Below are positions 24,076 through 34,008 of a stretch of 64,000 nt of DNA, piece by piece. Position numbers and translations under genes: made by a program. The notes beneath the pieces were generated by a model. That model searched no databases and was not told the origin of the DNA. It worked only from the letters and a program-made list of their open reading frames with translations. Each line of letters begins with the position of its first letter. Position 1 is the first letter of the stretch. Origin of the DNA: an uncultured Gammaproteobacteria bacterium (GTDB taxonomy: Bacteria > Patescibacteriota > Microgenomatia > Levybacterales > UBA12049); NCBI GenBank assembly GCA_964553245.1, contig CAZKJM010000002.1, forward strand, positions 5,878 to 69,877, given 5' to 3'.

Positions 24076-24450
24076 ATGGAAAATCAAAATCAAAATTTAA
24101 ATCCAAATAATCAAGTCAATCCAATTCAGGAAATTCAAAAACCTGTGAATACTGGCAGTAATAAACTATTTTTCGGAATAATATTTATTTTTGCCATTAT
24201 GATTATCGGCGGTTTTTTAATTTATAAAAATTATTTTGCTCAAACAAGCCAGGTTGCTAAGACTAATCAGGCTTCAGTAAACACAGTTGCTTCTTCGGAA
24301 AATGAGGAAATTAAAACAGTTGCCGATAGTTTATTTAAATCAAAAGCAGAATTGGATACTGCTCTAGCTGAAATTGATAATATGAATACAAGTACAATAG
24401 ACAACGAATTAGCAAAAAACGATTCTGATGTTTCTACGTTTTCCGAGTAA
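24076..24450 (+). CDS. Hypothetical membrane protein (Asn/Gln-rich N-terminus, one TM)
   Basis: TM LFFGIIFIFAIMIIGGFLIY. Confidence 0.35.
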   Translation: MENQNQNLNPNNQVNPIQEIQKPVNTGSNKLFFGIIFIFAIMIIGGFLIYKNYFAQTSQVAKTNQASVNTVASSENEEIKTVADSLFKSKAELDTALAEIDNMNTSTIDNELAKNDSDVSTFSE

Positions 24451-25437
24451 CTATTTTTGAATTAGTTTTTTAACTGCAGTTTTTATTGAGTTTTTGTCTA
24501 GCCCGTATTTATTCATTAATTCATTCGCCGTTCCTGATTCTGCAAAAGTATTTTTAAGACCAATAAATTCCATCGGAGAAGGAAATTCTCTTGCTAAAAT
24601 TTCTGCAATTATTCCACCCAGTCCTCCTTCGGTTTGATGATCTTCACAGGTTACGACTTTACCGCATTTTTTAGCAAGTTTAACAATGGTTTGTTCGTCA
24701 ATTGGTTTAAGAGTTGTTATATTTGCAACTAATACTTCTATGTTTTCTTTTTTTAATTCATCCGCCGCAACAAGTGCTTGATAAACCATATGACCTGTTG
24801 CAAAGATTGCTACTTTTGGATTTTGTGATTCCCAAAAAATCTGAATTTTATTAAAATCAAATTTCGTTTCATTAGTTGTTATTATAGGTGTTTTTTCTCT
24901 TGAAAATCTTAAATAAAATGGACCTTGATTCTGTCCTGAATAAATAGTTGCCTTTTTAGCTTCTATTGAATCACAAGGGCAAATGATATTAACATTCGGC
25001 CAAGCTCTAACAGATGCAATATCTTCTGTTGCTTGATGTGTGACCCCATCTTGGCCTGTAACAATTCCTGCATGATGTCCTGCTATTTTTACATTGGCAT
25101 TGTTGTAAATAATAGTAGTTCTAATTGTTTCCCAATTTTTACCGGGAGAAAAAACAGAATAGGAAGAAATAAACGGTATTTTTCCGGACACTGCAAGTCC
25201 GGCTGCAATTGCTGCCATATTTTGCTCTGCTACTCCGCATTCAAAATATCTATCGGGAAATTTTTTGGCAAATTCTTCATTTCTTGTAGATTCGGATAAA
25301 TCCGCTGATAGGCAAACGACGTTTTTGTCCTCTTTTCCCAGTTCCAAAATTCCTTTTCCGAAACCATCTCTGGTTGGTGCTTTTTCCACATTTTCGTCAA
25401 ATATCTCTGGATTTAATTTTAAATTTTGATTAAGCAT
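24451..25437 (-). CDS. Transketolase, C-terminal section (pyrimidine-binding plus C-terminal domains)
   Basis: RDGFGKGILELGKEDKNVVCLSADLSESTR, EQNMAAIAAGLAVSGKIPF, split-tkt arrangement with the adjacent N-terminal gene. Confidence 0.85.
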   Translation of the reverse strand: MLNQNLKLNPEIFDENVEKAPTRDGFGKGILELGKEDKNVVCLSADLSESTRNEEFAKKFPDRYFECGVAEQNMAAIAAGLAVSGKIPFISSYSVFSPGKNWETIRTTIIYNNANVKIAGHHAGIVTGQDGVTHQATEDIASVRAWPNVNIICPCDSIEAKKATIYSGQNQGPFYLRFSREKTPIITTNETKFDFNKIQIFWESQNPKVAIFATGHMVYQALVAADELKKENIEVLVANITTLKPIDEQTIVKLAKKCGKVVTCEDHQTEGGLGGIIAEILAREFPSPMEFIGLKNTFAESGTANELMNKYGLDKNSIKTAVKKLIQK

Positions 25438-25534
25438 AAAAATTTGTTATGATTTCGCTTTAAAATAAATTTTTCTGATGATCTGTAATTAGCTTACATC
25501 TTTTAGAAAAATTTTATTTCTCTTTTACTCATAA

Positions 25535-26359
25535 TTATTGGTCAGCAAGCTCTTTTAGAGCCTGATTCGCCTCTTCTTTGTTGGGTGCTTTTCCGTGCCA
25601 TAAATAATCATTTTCCATAAAACTGACCCCTTTTCCGGGAATTGTTTTTGCGATAATAGCTAAAGGTTTATCTATATGGTTTTGGATATTTTCTAATGTG
25701 TTAATAATTTCTTCAATGTTATTTCCATCAATTTCAAAAACGCTCCAATTAAAAGTGATATATTTTTCCTTTAACGGCTCAAGCGGCATAACATTTTCTG
25801 TATTTCCGGTTATTTGAATATTGTTTCTATCAACTATCATCGTTAGATTGTTTAGTTTATTTTTTCCTGCAAACATTACTGCTTCCCAATGATTTCCTTC
25901 TTGATGTTCGCCATCGGAAGCTATGCAGTATGTTCTGTAATTTTTTTTATCCAAAATTCCTGCAAGAGTTACTCCAATTGCCTGCGATAATCCTTCTCCT
26001 AAAGGACCTGAAGTCGTTTCAATTCCCGGTAATGAATTTCTGTGCGGGTGTCCCTGAAGTCGGGAATTAATTTTTCTTAATGTTTTTAATTCCTCAATTG
26101 GAAAATAATTTGCCATTGCAAGACAGGTATATTGAATGGGACAAATGTGACCGTTGGATAAAACCAATCTGTCGCGGTCTTTCCACAATGGATCTTTTGG
26201 ATTATGTTTTAGTAAATGAAAATAAAGGGAAACAAAAATATCTGCCATTCCTAACGGTCCCGCTGTGTGTCCGGATCCTGCCTCGGTAAGCATCTTAATT
26301 AACAATCTTCTTGCTTCGCTCGCTTTTTTTTTAAGCTCTAAAAGCTTATTTTTATCCAC
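25535..26359 (-). CDS. Transketolase, N-terminal section (TPP-binding)
   Basis: GSGHTAGPLGMADIFVSLYF, GHPHRNSLPGIETTSGPLGEGLSQAIG, ASDGEHQEGNHWEA. Confidence 0.85.
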   Translation of the reverse strand: MDKNKLLELKKKASEARRLLIKMLTEAGSGHTAGPLGMADIFVSLYFHLLKHNPKDPLWKDRDRLVLSNGHICPIQYTCLAMANYFPIEELKTLRKINSRLQGHPHRNSLPGIETTSGPLGEGLSQAIGVTLAGILDKKNYRTYCIASDGEHQEGNHWEAVMFAGKNKLNNLTMIVDRNNIQITGNTENVMPLEPLKEKYITFNWSVFEIDGNNIEEIINTLENIQNHIDKPLAIIAKTIPGKGVSFMENDYLWHGKAPNKEEANQALKELADQ

Positions 26360-26442
26360 GATTTTATCGTAGCATTATAAATGTTTGGTTTCAATGATTT
26401 CCGTGCATAAATAAAATTAATAATGTATAATATGAAAGTTTT

Positions 26443-27009
26443 ATGGATAAAAATTTTTTATACATAATGCTTGGAGTTGCTATAATATTAATAATTATTC
26501 TTGCAACCTCACAAAATAAAGCAGTCAATAAGCAGCCGGGGGATATTATGAATGATTTGTTAACATCACCAAGTCCAACAGTAAATCTTAATCAACAGAG
26601 TCAACAGGGTTCAACTACGACTTCGACGACTATTGATACTAATCAAACAGATTTACCAGTACAGACATTAGAAGGCGGGCTTAAGATTCAAGATATTACT
26701 ATTGGAGAAGGGGAAGAGGTAAAATCAGGAGATACGATTTCTATTCACTATAAAGGAACATTGGAAAACGGAACAAAATTTGACAGTTCTTATGACCGTG
26801 GAGAACCATTTGAAACTCAAATCGGTGTCGGACGAGTAATAAAAGGTTGGGATTTGGGTGTTATTGGCATGAAGGTCGGGGGTAAAAGGAAAATGATTAT
26901 TCCGCCCAGTTTGGGATACGGCAGTCAGTCAGTTGGAGAAATACCTGCTAATTCCACTTTAATATTTGACGTAGAGCTTGTTTCGATAAAAAAATCTTCA
27001 GGGGAATAA
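26443..27009 (+). CDS. FKBP-type peptidyl-prolyl cis-trans isomerase with an N-terminal TM or signal anchor
   Basis: GDTISIHYKGTLENGTKFDSSYDRGEPFETQIGVGRVIKGWDLGVIGMKVGGKRKMIIPPSLGYG is a canonical FKBP domain. Confidence 0.85.
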   Translation: MDKNFLYIMLGVAIILIIILATSQNKAVNKQPGDIMNDLLTSPSPTVNLNQQSQQGSTTTSTTIDTNQTDLPVQTLEGGLKIQDITIGEGEEVKSGDTISIHYKGTLENGTKFDSSYDRGEPFETQIGVGRVIKGWDLGVIGMKVGGKRKMIIPPSLGYGSQSVGEIPANSTLIFDVELVSIKKSSGE

Positions 27010-27016
27010 TTTATAG

Positions 27017-27757
27017 CTATATTTCTATAACCATATCGTCCATTGCTGCAATTGTATTGGGAAAAATACTTTGAGCAATTTCTTCTGCCTCTTTTCTCAT
27101 ATCAATTGTTTTATATGTAGTCGCGTCAAAGTGTACCAGAGTAAGTTTTTTAACATTATTTTCTTTTGCGAGTGTTGCAACTTGATATGGATTTGTATGC
27201 CCCCACGAGGATATATTATTTTTAATAAGCGTGCATTCATGAATTAAAAGATCAGAGTTTTCTGCCAATTTTTTACTATTTTCTTCTATTCCGGCATCAC
27301 CGGAGTAGCTGATAATTTTATTGTTTATATTTAATCTATAGCCTAAAACTGGGTCTGCGTGAAACATTTTTAAGCAGTCTATCCCAAAGGGGAGTAATTC
27401 TTTTTCGTTAGGTAATTCATGTATGTTTATTTTTGTTGGTTGATCTTTAATGGGCATTGAGTATGGATGGTTAATAAAAGTATTTAATACTTTTATAACT
27501 CCTTTTTGTCCAAATATTTTGATACCTTGTTCAAATTTAAATTTAGGTAAAATATGAAGACCAAAAATATGATCAAGATGAAAATGGCTTAAGAGTAGGT
27601 AAATTGGTTTGTTGTCTTTAATATATTGATCAATTTTATAAATACCGTTTCCCGCATCTAATATAATATTGTATTCCTCCGTTTGAATTAAAATACAAGG
27701 TGTGTTTCCGGTATTTGTGTCGTACCAACCGTTTGTGCCAAGAAAAATAATTTTCAT
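27017..27757 (-). CDS. MBL-fold metallo-hydrolase
   Basis: LLLSHFHLDHIFGL (HxHxDH motif), C-terminal His. Confidence 0.65.
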   Translation of the reverse strand: MKIIFLGTNGWYDTNTGNTPCILIQTEEYNIILDAGNGIYKIDQYIKDNKPIYLLLSHFHLDHIFGLHILPKFKFEQGIKIFGQKGVIKVLNTFINHPYSMPIKDQPTKINIHELPNEKELLPFGIDCLKMFHADPVLGYRLNINNKIISYSGDAGIEENSKKLAENSDLLIHECTLIKNNISSWGHTNPYQVATLAKENNVKKLTLVHFDATTYKTIDMRKEAEEIAQSIFPNTIAAMDDMVIEI

Positions 27758-27775
27758 GTTTTAAATTATATTAGA

Positions 27776-29152
27776 TTAGTTTTTAGCAGGTTCCATGTGG
27801 ACCACAACGCGTTCTACTTTTGGTATTTGTTTTCGAATTAGATACTCAACTTTAGAAGAAATATCGTGAGTTTCTTCAAGAGGCATTTTCTCGCTTACTA
27901 AACACTCAACGGAAATAAATATTTTTTCATCAACAATTCTTGAAGATATTTGCCTAATTTCAAAAATTGATGAAATTTGACTTTTAACCTTGTTTAACGC
28001 TTTTCCTACCAGTATTAAATCTTTTTTATCTAGTTCTTTTCCAATTAGCGCAGTTGGTTCAAGTGGTTCTATATGAATATCGATTTCTAAATCTTGCCCC
28101 AATTCTTTATTAATAATTTTTCTTAATTCATCGGCTTTTTTATGCGCTTTTTTTAAAACAAGATTACTTTGTACTTCAAGATCAAAGCTGACAATTTTTT
28201 TATTATTTAAAGTGTGAACAGAGATATCATGAACAGCTACTCCTGAATTACTTGCTATTATTTGGATTTGTTCGGTTATTGTTTCGTCTTTTAAGATAAC
28301 CGGTTTTACGTGTACAACAACATCGGCGTCTGCTACTATTTTTTGCACTGTTTTTTCTACATCTTTAGTAATTTTATCCATTGTTTCAAGGGGAACCTTT
28401 CTTCCGATTTCAACAATCATATCTATAAAATAAGAATGACCGGTTGGTCTTATTCTTAATCTTTGAATTCCGGCAACTCCATTTACCTTTAATGCGTGTT
28501 CTTTGATATTGTCAGTTAATCCTTTTGGAGCAGTATCTAAAAGCACAGCAATTGTTCTCTTTCCAAGCCCATAACTTACAAAAAGAACAAGAATGGCAAC
28601 GCCAATTGCGGCAAACGAGTCAGCGCCTTTTATCCCAAGGTACGCAAAAATAAGCCCTAAAATTACAACGCCGGAAGAATAAATATCTGAACTAAAGTGG
28701 AGTGCATCTGCTTCCAGCGCCTGACTATTGGTTTCTTTTGCCACCTTACTTAAAGCTTTAGATCGTGTAATGTCTACAATAATTGAAATTATCATTACGG
28801 CAAAAGAATACCAAGCAATTTCTACTTCCAGCTCTTTTGTAATAAGTCTTCTTACCGCTTCATAAATAATCCATGCGCAAGTAATAAACAGCAGTAAAGT
28901 TTCTGCTAAAGCAGATAAATTTTCTACTTTTCCGTGACCGTAGTGATGTTCGGCGTCTGCAGGTTTTTTGGAAATTTTAACGGCAAAATAAGTAATTAAT
29001 GCTGCTCCAAGATCCAGAGCGGAATGCGCAGCCTCGGAAATTATTCCCATGCTACCGGTAATAATTCCAACAATAAGCTTTAAAGAAGTCAAAAGAATTC
29101 CGGCTAAAACCGAACTTAGTGCAACTTTTTCTTTCTTAGCATTTTTGTCCAT
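27776..29152 (-). CDS. Cation diffusion facilitator (CDF) transporter with a tandemly extended C-terminal cytoplasmic region
   Basis: Six TM helices with SALDLGAAL/HFSSD motifs. The cytoplasmic tail is about twice the usual length, suggesting two alpha/beta dimerization-like domains. Confidence 0.7.
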   Translation of the reverse strand: MDKNAKKEKVALSSVLAGILLTSLKLIVGIITGSMGIISEAAHSALDLGAALITYFAVKISKKPADAEHHYGHGKVENLSALAETLLLFITCAWIIYEAVRRLITKELEVEIAWYSFAVMIISIIVDITRSKALSKVAKETNSQALEADALHFSSDIYSSGVVILGLIFAYLGIKGADSFAAIGVAILVLFVSYGLGKRTIAVLLDTAPKGLTDNIKEHALKVNGVAGIQRLRIRPTGHSYFIDMIVEIGRKVPLETMDKITKDVEKTVQKIVADADVVVHVKPVILKDETITEQIQIIASNSGVAVHDISVHTLNNKKIVSFDLEVQSNLVLKKAHKKADELRKIINKELGQDLEIDIHIEPLEPTALIGKELDKKDLILVGKALNKVKSQISSIFEIRQISSRIVDEKIFISVECLVSEKMPLEETHDISSKVEYLIRKQIPKVERVVVHMEPAKN

Positions 29153-29319
29153 AGTTAATCATATTGTAAGTTTTTAGCCATAGTTTGTAAACTTCTAAAA
29201 AATTTAACACAAATGGTTTTTGTATCACTTCTTTTTATTAAATCCTATTTAATCTCAATTGACTTGTTCTTGCTTTTAATATACATTTTAGGTACCTGCT
29301 TTTAATTAGGTGAAGGGAG

Positions 29320-29535
29320 GTGATTATGATGAAAGGCCTCCATATTTTAGCCTACGTTTTAGTAATAGTTGGTGCACTTAACTGGGGATTAATCGGCGTT
29401 TTTAACCTCAATTTAGTAAATGTTATTTTGGGAACAATTCCATGGCTCGAAAGACTAATTTATGTCTTAGTCGGTTTGTCTGCAGTTTATGATGCTTTTT
29501 TACATGCGCAAAATTGCAAAATGTGCGGTAAGTAA
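29320..29535 (+). CDS. DUF378-family small membrane protein
   Basis: KGLHILAYVLVIVGALNWGLIGVF...LERLIYVLVGLSAVYDAF matches the DUF378 pattern. Strong SD GGGAGGTGATT. Confidence 0.6.
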   Translation: MIMMKGLHILAYVLVIVGALNWGLIGVFNLNLVNVILGTIPWLERLIYVLVGLSAVYDAFLHAQNCKMCGK

Positions 29536-29786
29536 ATGGGTTATTTTACTCTATAATAAAAATGCTGTAGCTTAGATGCTGCAGAGCAGATAATTTTTGT
29601 AATGTTATTGATGCCGCATAAAATGAAAGGGGGAATTTCTTTTTCTGGTTTCCGTTCTTGATACCCATTTTGATTTATTGGTAGGCTTTCTTTGTAATTC
29701 ATTAACTTCTCTATATCACAATCTATCGTACGCGTCAAGAAAACTTGATTATTTTTAAAATATTAGTTAATATACGGTGACCTAAT

Positions 29787-30881
29787 ATGAACCCCAGGCT
29801 TTGGAAATGGATAATACTAACGGTCACTCCAATTGTTATTACTTTTGTTTTCTCACTTATAATTCCTAAAGAAAGTGTCAAAGAAATTCAGCCTGTTATC
29901 GATAAGATTACAAAATTTAACCCAGAATCCTTTATTGCAAAAAGTCCAACAATTGAAAGTATTTTTGATGATGATAATAAATGGATTGCAACACTTTCTG
30001 CAGAAAAAATAAAGACAATAATTTTTACAGGAGATGTTATTCCGGCAAGATCGGTAAATGCAAAGACTGTAAGAACTAACGATTTTAATTGGCCGTATTT
30101 AAAAACCTTTAAAAAAACAAGAGATGCAGATTTAACAGTAGCCAATTTAGAATCACCGCTTATTCAAGATTGTCCAATAACGGATGAGGGGATGGTTTTT
30201 TGCGGAGCAAGTGAAAACGTTCAGGGTTTAGTTTTTGCAGGAATAGACATTGTAAGCATTGCTAATAACCATTTTGCAAATTATGGTGAAGAAGGGATTA
30301 GAAAAACAGTAGATTTGTTAACAAAAAATAATATTAATACAGTTGGATTAGATACTATTTTAGTAAGGGAAATTAAAGATACTAAATTTGGATTTTTAGC
30401 TTACAACGATATTGAAAAAAATCAAGCAGGAATAAATAATGTTGATGAAGAAAAAATAAAAAAAGACATTAAAAACGCAAAAAAGATTTCCGATTTGGTA
30501 ATTATAATATTTCATTGGGGAGAAGAGTATAGGGATTTGCCGGATGATAGGCAAAAAACCTTGGCGCATTTTGCAGTTGATAATGGTGCGGATCTTATAA
30601 TCGGTAATCATCCGCATTGGATTCAACCGTTAGAAATTTACAAAAACAAAATTATTGTTTATGCCCATGGAAATTTTGTTTTTGACCAGATGTGGTCTTT
30701 AAAAACAAGGCAGGGAATAATCGGAAAATACACTTTTTATGAAAATAAACTGATTGATATTAAATTTTTACCGGTACAGATAGAAGATTATGGACAACCA
30801 TATTTTTTGGAAGGAGATAAAGGTTTGGAAATTTTGAAAACCCTTAAGGAAAAAAGTATTATTTTGTCAAAAAACGAGTGA
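29787..30881 (+). CDS. CapA-family protein (poly-gamma-glutamate/capsule biosynthesis metallophosphatase-like)
   Basis: N-terminal TM. VANLESPL, NNHFANYGEEG, GNHPHWIQPLE and AHGNFVFDQ motifs typical of CapA/PGA_cap. Confidence 0.7.
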   Translation: MNPRLWKWIILTVTPIVITFVFSLIIPKESVKEIQPVIDKITKFNPESFIAKSPTIESIFDDDNKWIATLSAEKIKTIIFTGDVIPARSVNAKTVRTNDFNWPYLKTFKKTRDADLTVANLESPLIQDCPITDEGMVFCGASENVQGLVFAGIDIVSIANNHFANYGEEGIRKTVDLLTKNNINTVGLDTILVREIKDTKFGFLAYNDIEKNQAGINNVDEEKIKKDIKNAKKISDLVIIIFHWGEEYRDLPDDRQKTLAHFAVDNGADLIIGNHPHWIQPLEIYKNKIIVYAHGNFVFDQMWSLKTRQGIIGKYTFYENKLIDIKFLPVQIEDYGQPYFLEGDKGLEILKTLKEKSIILSKNE

Positions 30882-32047
30882 AAAAAGGAATAGCCACTTT
30901 TACTCTAGACTTTGGAAAATGCCCTGCCTGGCTTTTTAACCGGATGGTAAGGCTTTCCCGTGAAATGACAAAGGTTTTAGTGGAAGAGTACGGACCGGAT
31001 GAATTTGTAAAAAGAATTGCCGATCCGGTTTGGTTTCAATCTTTGGGGACTGTTCTTGCTTTCGATTGGAATGCGTCAGGACTTACAACGGTTTTAACAG
31101 GGGCATTAAAAGAGGCAATAAAAGGACAGGAAAAAAATTTAGGAATCTTTATTGCCGGGGGAAAAGGAAAAACTTCATTAAAAACCCCTGACCAAATTAC
31201 AAGCTGGGGAAAGTTTTTAAACTTGTCTGAATTTACAACAAAAACTTTAGTTAGGAATTCCAAAATGTCTGCTAAAGTAGATAGTTCATTAGTTCAGGAC
31301 GGTTATCAACTTTACCATCATGCTTTCTTTTTTTCCGATCCTAAAAAAGGAAACGGAGCATGGGCAGTTGTTCAGCAGGGAATGAATACCAAAAATAAAA
31401 CAGCCAGAAGATATCATTGGTTTGATACTCTAACGAATTCTTCTCGTAATTTTGTTAACGAGCCTCATCTTGGAATAGCATCACAAAAAAAAGAAGAGAT
31501 AGTTTTAAATTTAGTTGCAAGTGATAGTTCTAAGACTAGAGATGTCTCCACGGAGTTAATTCAAGGGGGATATAAGCAGCTTAATAGTGATATTAAGCTT
31601 TTGCAAAAACACCAGAACGAAATGTCTAAAATGTTAAGATTTAAGCACGGAGACGATGTCTGCACATTATTGAAGTTAGAAAAAGAAGATTTTTACCATC
31701 ACAGTATTGAATCGGAAGATTTTTCAAAGAGTAAATACTTGGATAAAATGCTTAAGAAGCTAGACGAAATAAAACCAAAAACCTATGAAGAACTTGTGGA
31801 GACAAAGGGAGTCGGTCCAAAAACGGTAAGGGCATTATCATTAGTTTCCGAAGTAATTTACGGAGCAGAACCTTCTTATAAAGACCCTGCAAGATATAGT
31901 TTTGCCCATGGTGGAAAAGATACAATTCCTTTTCCAGTTGACAGAAAAACTTATGATTCTACTATTGAAATCCTGTCAAACGCAGTAAGAAAAACAAAAA
32001 TTACCCCCTTTGAAAAAGACAGAATTCTAAGGAGGATTACAAGATAA
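30878..32047 (+). CDS. DUF763-like protein with a C-terminal helix-hairpin-helix
   Basis: The N-terminus MKKGIATFTLDFGKCPAWLFNRMVRLSREM resembles the DUF763 signature. HhH ELVETKGVGPKTVRAL. GTG start overlaps the capA stop. Confidence 0.4.
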   Translation: MKKGIATFTLDFGKCPAWLFNRMVRLSREMTKVLVEEYGPDEFVKRIADPVWFQSLGTVLAFDWNASGLTTVLTGALKEAIKGQEKNLGIFIAGGKGKTSLKTPDQITSWGKFLNLSEFTTKTLVRNSKMSAKVDSSLVQDGYQLYHHAFFFSDPKKGNGAWAVVQQGMNTKNKTARRYHWFDTLTNSSRNFVNEPHLGIASQKKEEIVLNLVASDSSKTRDVSTELIQGGYKQLNSDIKLLQKHQNEMSKMLRFKHGDDVCTLLKLEKEDFYHHSIESEDFSKSKYLDKMLKKLDEIKPKTYEELVETKGVGPKTVRALSLVSEVIYGAEPSYKDPARYSFAHGGKDTIPFPVDRKTYDSTIEILSNAVRKTKITPFEKDRILRRITR

Positions 32048-32113
32048 TTGACACCTCTTATTGATTTTGCTTAAACTATTTATAGAGATTAAGTATAAAG
32101 GGGGTGATTAATA

Positions 32114-32656
32114 GTGGCAAAGAAAAAAACAAAAAAAATTAGAATATACAACAATATTAAAGATGTTTGGTATGTTGTGTTAGCAGTTGTAGCATTGCTT
32201 TTTGCAATTGTTGTATTTAAATATTTTATTAATAATCAAGATAAGAATGCAGTACCTGAAGCTCAAACAGTACAGGCAAAAGAATTGATAAAGTTTGTTG
32301 ATTCTGCTGCAAATCTAGTCGAAGAAAAAGGCGAGGAGGCATTTTTAGACTTTAAAAACGGAGCATGGAATATGGGAGAGAAATACATTTTTGTTTACGA
32401 CATAAACGGAAACACGAAAGTTTTACCTCCACAGCCGGAGCTTGAGGGAACAAACAGGCTTGATGTGAGCGATCCGAATGGAGTTTTTTTTGTTAAAGAT
32501 ATGATTAATCAAGCTTATAACAAGTCTTCCGGATGGGTTAATTATATGTACGAAAAACCAGGAACAAAAAATTTAGCGGAAAAATTGAGTTATTTTAAGA
32601 AAGTTTTAATCGGTGGAAACTATTATATAGTTGGATCCGGAATATATCTTGATTAA
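32114..32656 (+). CDS. Membrane-anchored single Cache-like extracellular domain protein
   Basis: N-terminal TM VWYVVLAVVALLFAIVVF. FLDFKNGAWNMGEKYIFVYDINGNTKVLP......GWVNYMYEKPGT...YFKKVLIGGNYYIVGSGIY resembles sCache. GTG start behind the GGGGGTGATT SD. Confidence 0.45.
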   Translation: MAKKKTKKIRIYNNIKDVWYVVLAVVALLFAIVVFKYFINNQDKNAVPEAQTVQAKELIKFVDSAANLVEEKGEEAFLDFKNGAWNMGEKYIFVYDINGNTKVLPPQPELEGTNRLDVSDPNGVFFVKDMINQAYNKSSGWVNYMYEKPGTKNLAEKLSYFKKVLIGGNYYIVGSGIYLD

Positions 32657-32675
32657 TAATTTAATCCTGCCTGAA

Positions 32676-32708
32676 AAAATAGCTGTTTTATACAGCTATT
32701 TTTTTATT
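32676..32708 (+). terminator. Rho-independent terminator
   Basis: aatagctgt-tttat-acagctatt stem-loop followed by a T7 run. Confidence 0.7.
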
Positions 32709-32737
32709 AAGACAGGTGTTAAAAAAACATCGTTTGC

Positions 32738-33226
32738 TTACTTAAGTGCTAATTTAGTTCGGATTCTACGGTATCTGTTCACGTAGCTCATTGGATCCAG
32801 TGACTGAAAACACTCACAGGCTATTAATGGATATAAAGATCTTATAATTCTTTGAAAATCATTTACTCTGACTTCATTAACAAATTTTGCAACAAAAGTT
32901 ATAGTGTTTTTTTCTTCTTCTGTTAATACATCTTTTTTAACAGGTTTTAATCTTGGAATGTCTTTTAATAAATGCTCAAGTCTATAACTCGTGGGAAGGC
33001 ATAGCGGGAATGATGTATGCCATCGAAAATTTGTAATAGTTGCATCGTGTTCAATAGCATGTTTCCAATCTACCAAATAAATTGTGCTTTTTTGTAACTC
33101 TTCTGGTAATCGTATAAAATTTTCACCACAGCTTGAATATAAATCCTGGCATACGGCTTTATTTTTTGTCCATGGATTCACTTTTTCTTTGGTTGGAGTA
33201 TGTAACGATATTTCCGATAAACTCAT
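32738..33226 (-). CDS. Hypothetical protein
   Basis: ORF only. Divergent from 33310..33975. Confidence 0.35.
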   Translation of the reverse strand: MSLSEISLHTPTKEKVNPWTKNKAVCQDLYSSCGENFIRLPEELQKSTIYLVDWKHAIEHDATITNFRWHTSFPLCLPTSYRLEHLLKDIPRLKPVKKDVLTEEEKNTITFVAKFVNEVRVNDFQRIIRSLYPLIACECFQSLDPMSYVNRYRRIRTKLALK

Positions 33227-33309
33227 TGTTGGTTTGGATTTTAGAATAGATAAATTTTGTTGTCAATTGGAATTGATTGAATTTAAAACTTATAGTATAA
33301 TCTTAATTT

Positions 33310-33975
33310 ATGGGAAAAGAATTGGAAAGCGAAGGAGATCGTGAATCATTTTTTGCTGGTAGAAATAGAGTGCACAACGTTTATCAAGATTTTTTAACTG
33401 AATTAAAAGAAAAAAGATTAAATATTAGGGGAGAAAAAATATCTTTAGAAAATCCGGATGTCAATTTTTTTTTAGACCAAAACCTTGATTGGATAACCAA
33501 TGAGGATAGCCTAATTGGTTCTTTTGGTTATGAACACGGTGCGTTATTTTGCTATGAATTAATCAAACAAAGATTAAGTATAGTTGGCGAAAAAATACCT
33601 AAAATTAATATTAAAAGTATATGTATTTATATGTTTGATATTACTGGAATATACGACGAAGATTTTAGAGAATATTTTTTTGAAGACAAATATGAAATTG
33701 ATGAAAACAAGGGTAATTACCAAGAATTATTACGTTGGTATTCAAAAAGCAGGAATAAAATAAGTAAAAAAATGGAAAATGATGATCCGGAACTTTTTGA
33801 TTTTTATAAAAATCTAGAATTAGGTTTACCAAAAAAGGACAAAAGATTTGTAAATGGAATGAGAAATGGAATTTTAGATATATATCATTTATTTAAATCT
33901 CATTCTCAAAGACAAGAATTAGAACAAATTTTAAACCTTCCCTTATATGAGGAACCGGATGAAGCCTCTTGTTAA
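33310..33975 (+). CDS. Hypothetical protein (acidic, Phe/Tyr-rich)
   Basis: ORF only. Extended -10 tatagtataat upstream. Confidence 0.4.
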   Translation: MGKELESEGDRESFFAGRNRVHNVYQDFLTELKEKRLNIRGEKISLENPDVNFFLDQNLDWITNEDSLIGSFGYEHGALFCYELIKQRLSIVGEKIPKINIKSICIYMFDITGIYDEDFREYFFEDKYEIDENKGNYQELLRWYSKSRNKISKKMENDDPELFDFYKNLELGLPKKDKRFVNGMRNGILDIYHLFKSHSQRQELEQILNLPLYEEPDEASC

Positions 33976-34008
33976 AAGCGAAGTTTAATTTCTGATATAA
34001 TTTTACTT

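Noticed and set aside
29541-29786. Roughly 250-bp non-coding region after the DUF378 gene containing partial palindromes (gctgtagc...gctgcagagc), considered as a tRNA or ncRNA
   Set aside because: No cloverleaf could be folded and no conserved ncRNA motif was recognised. It is probably a promoter region for capA.
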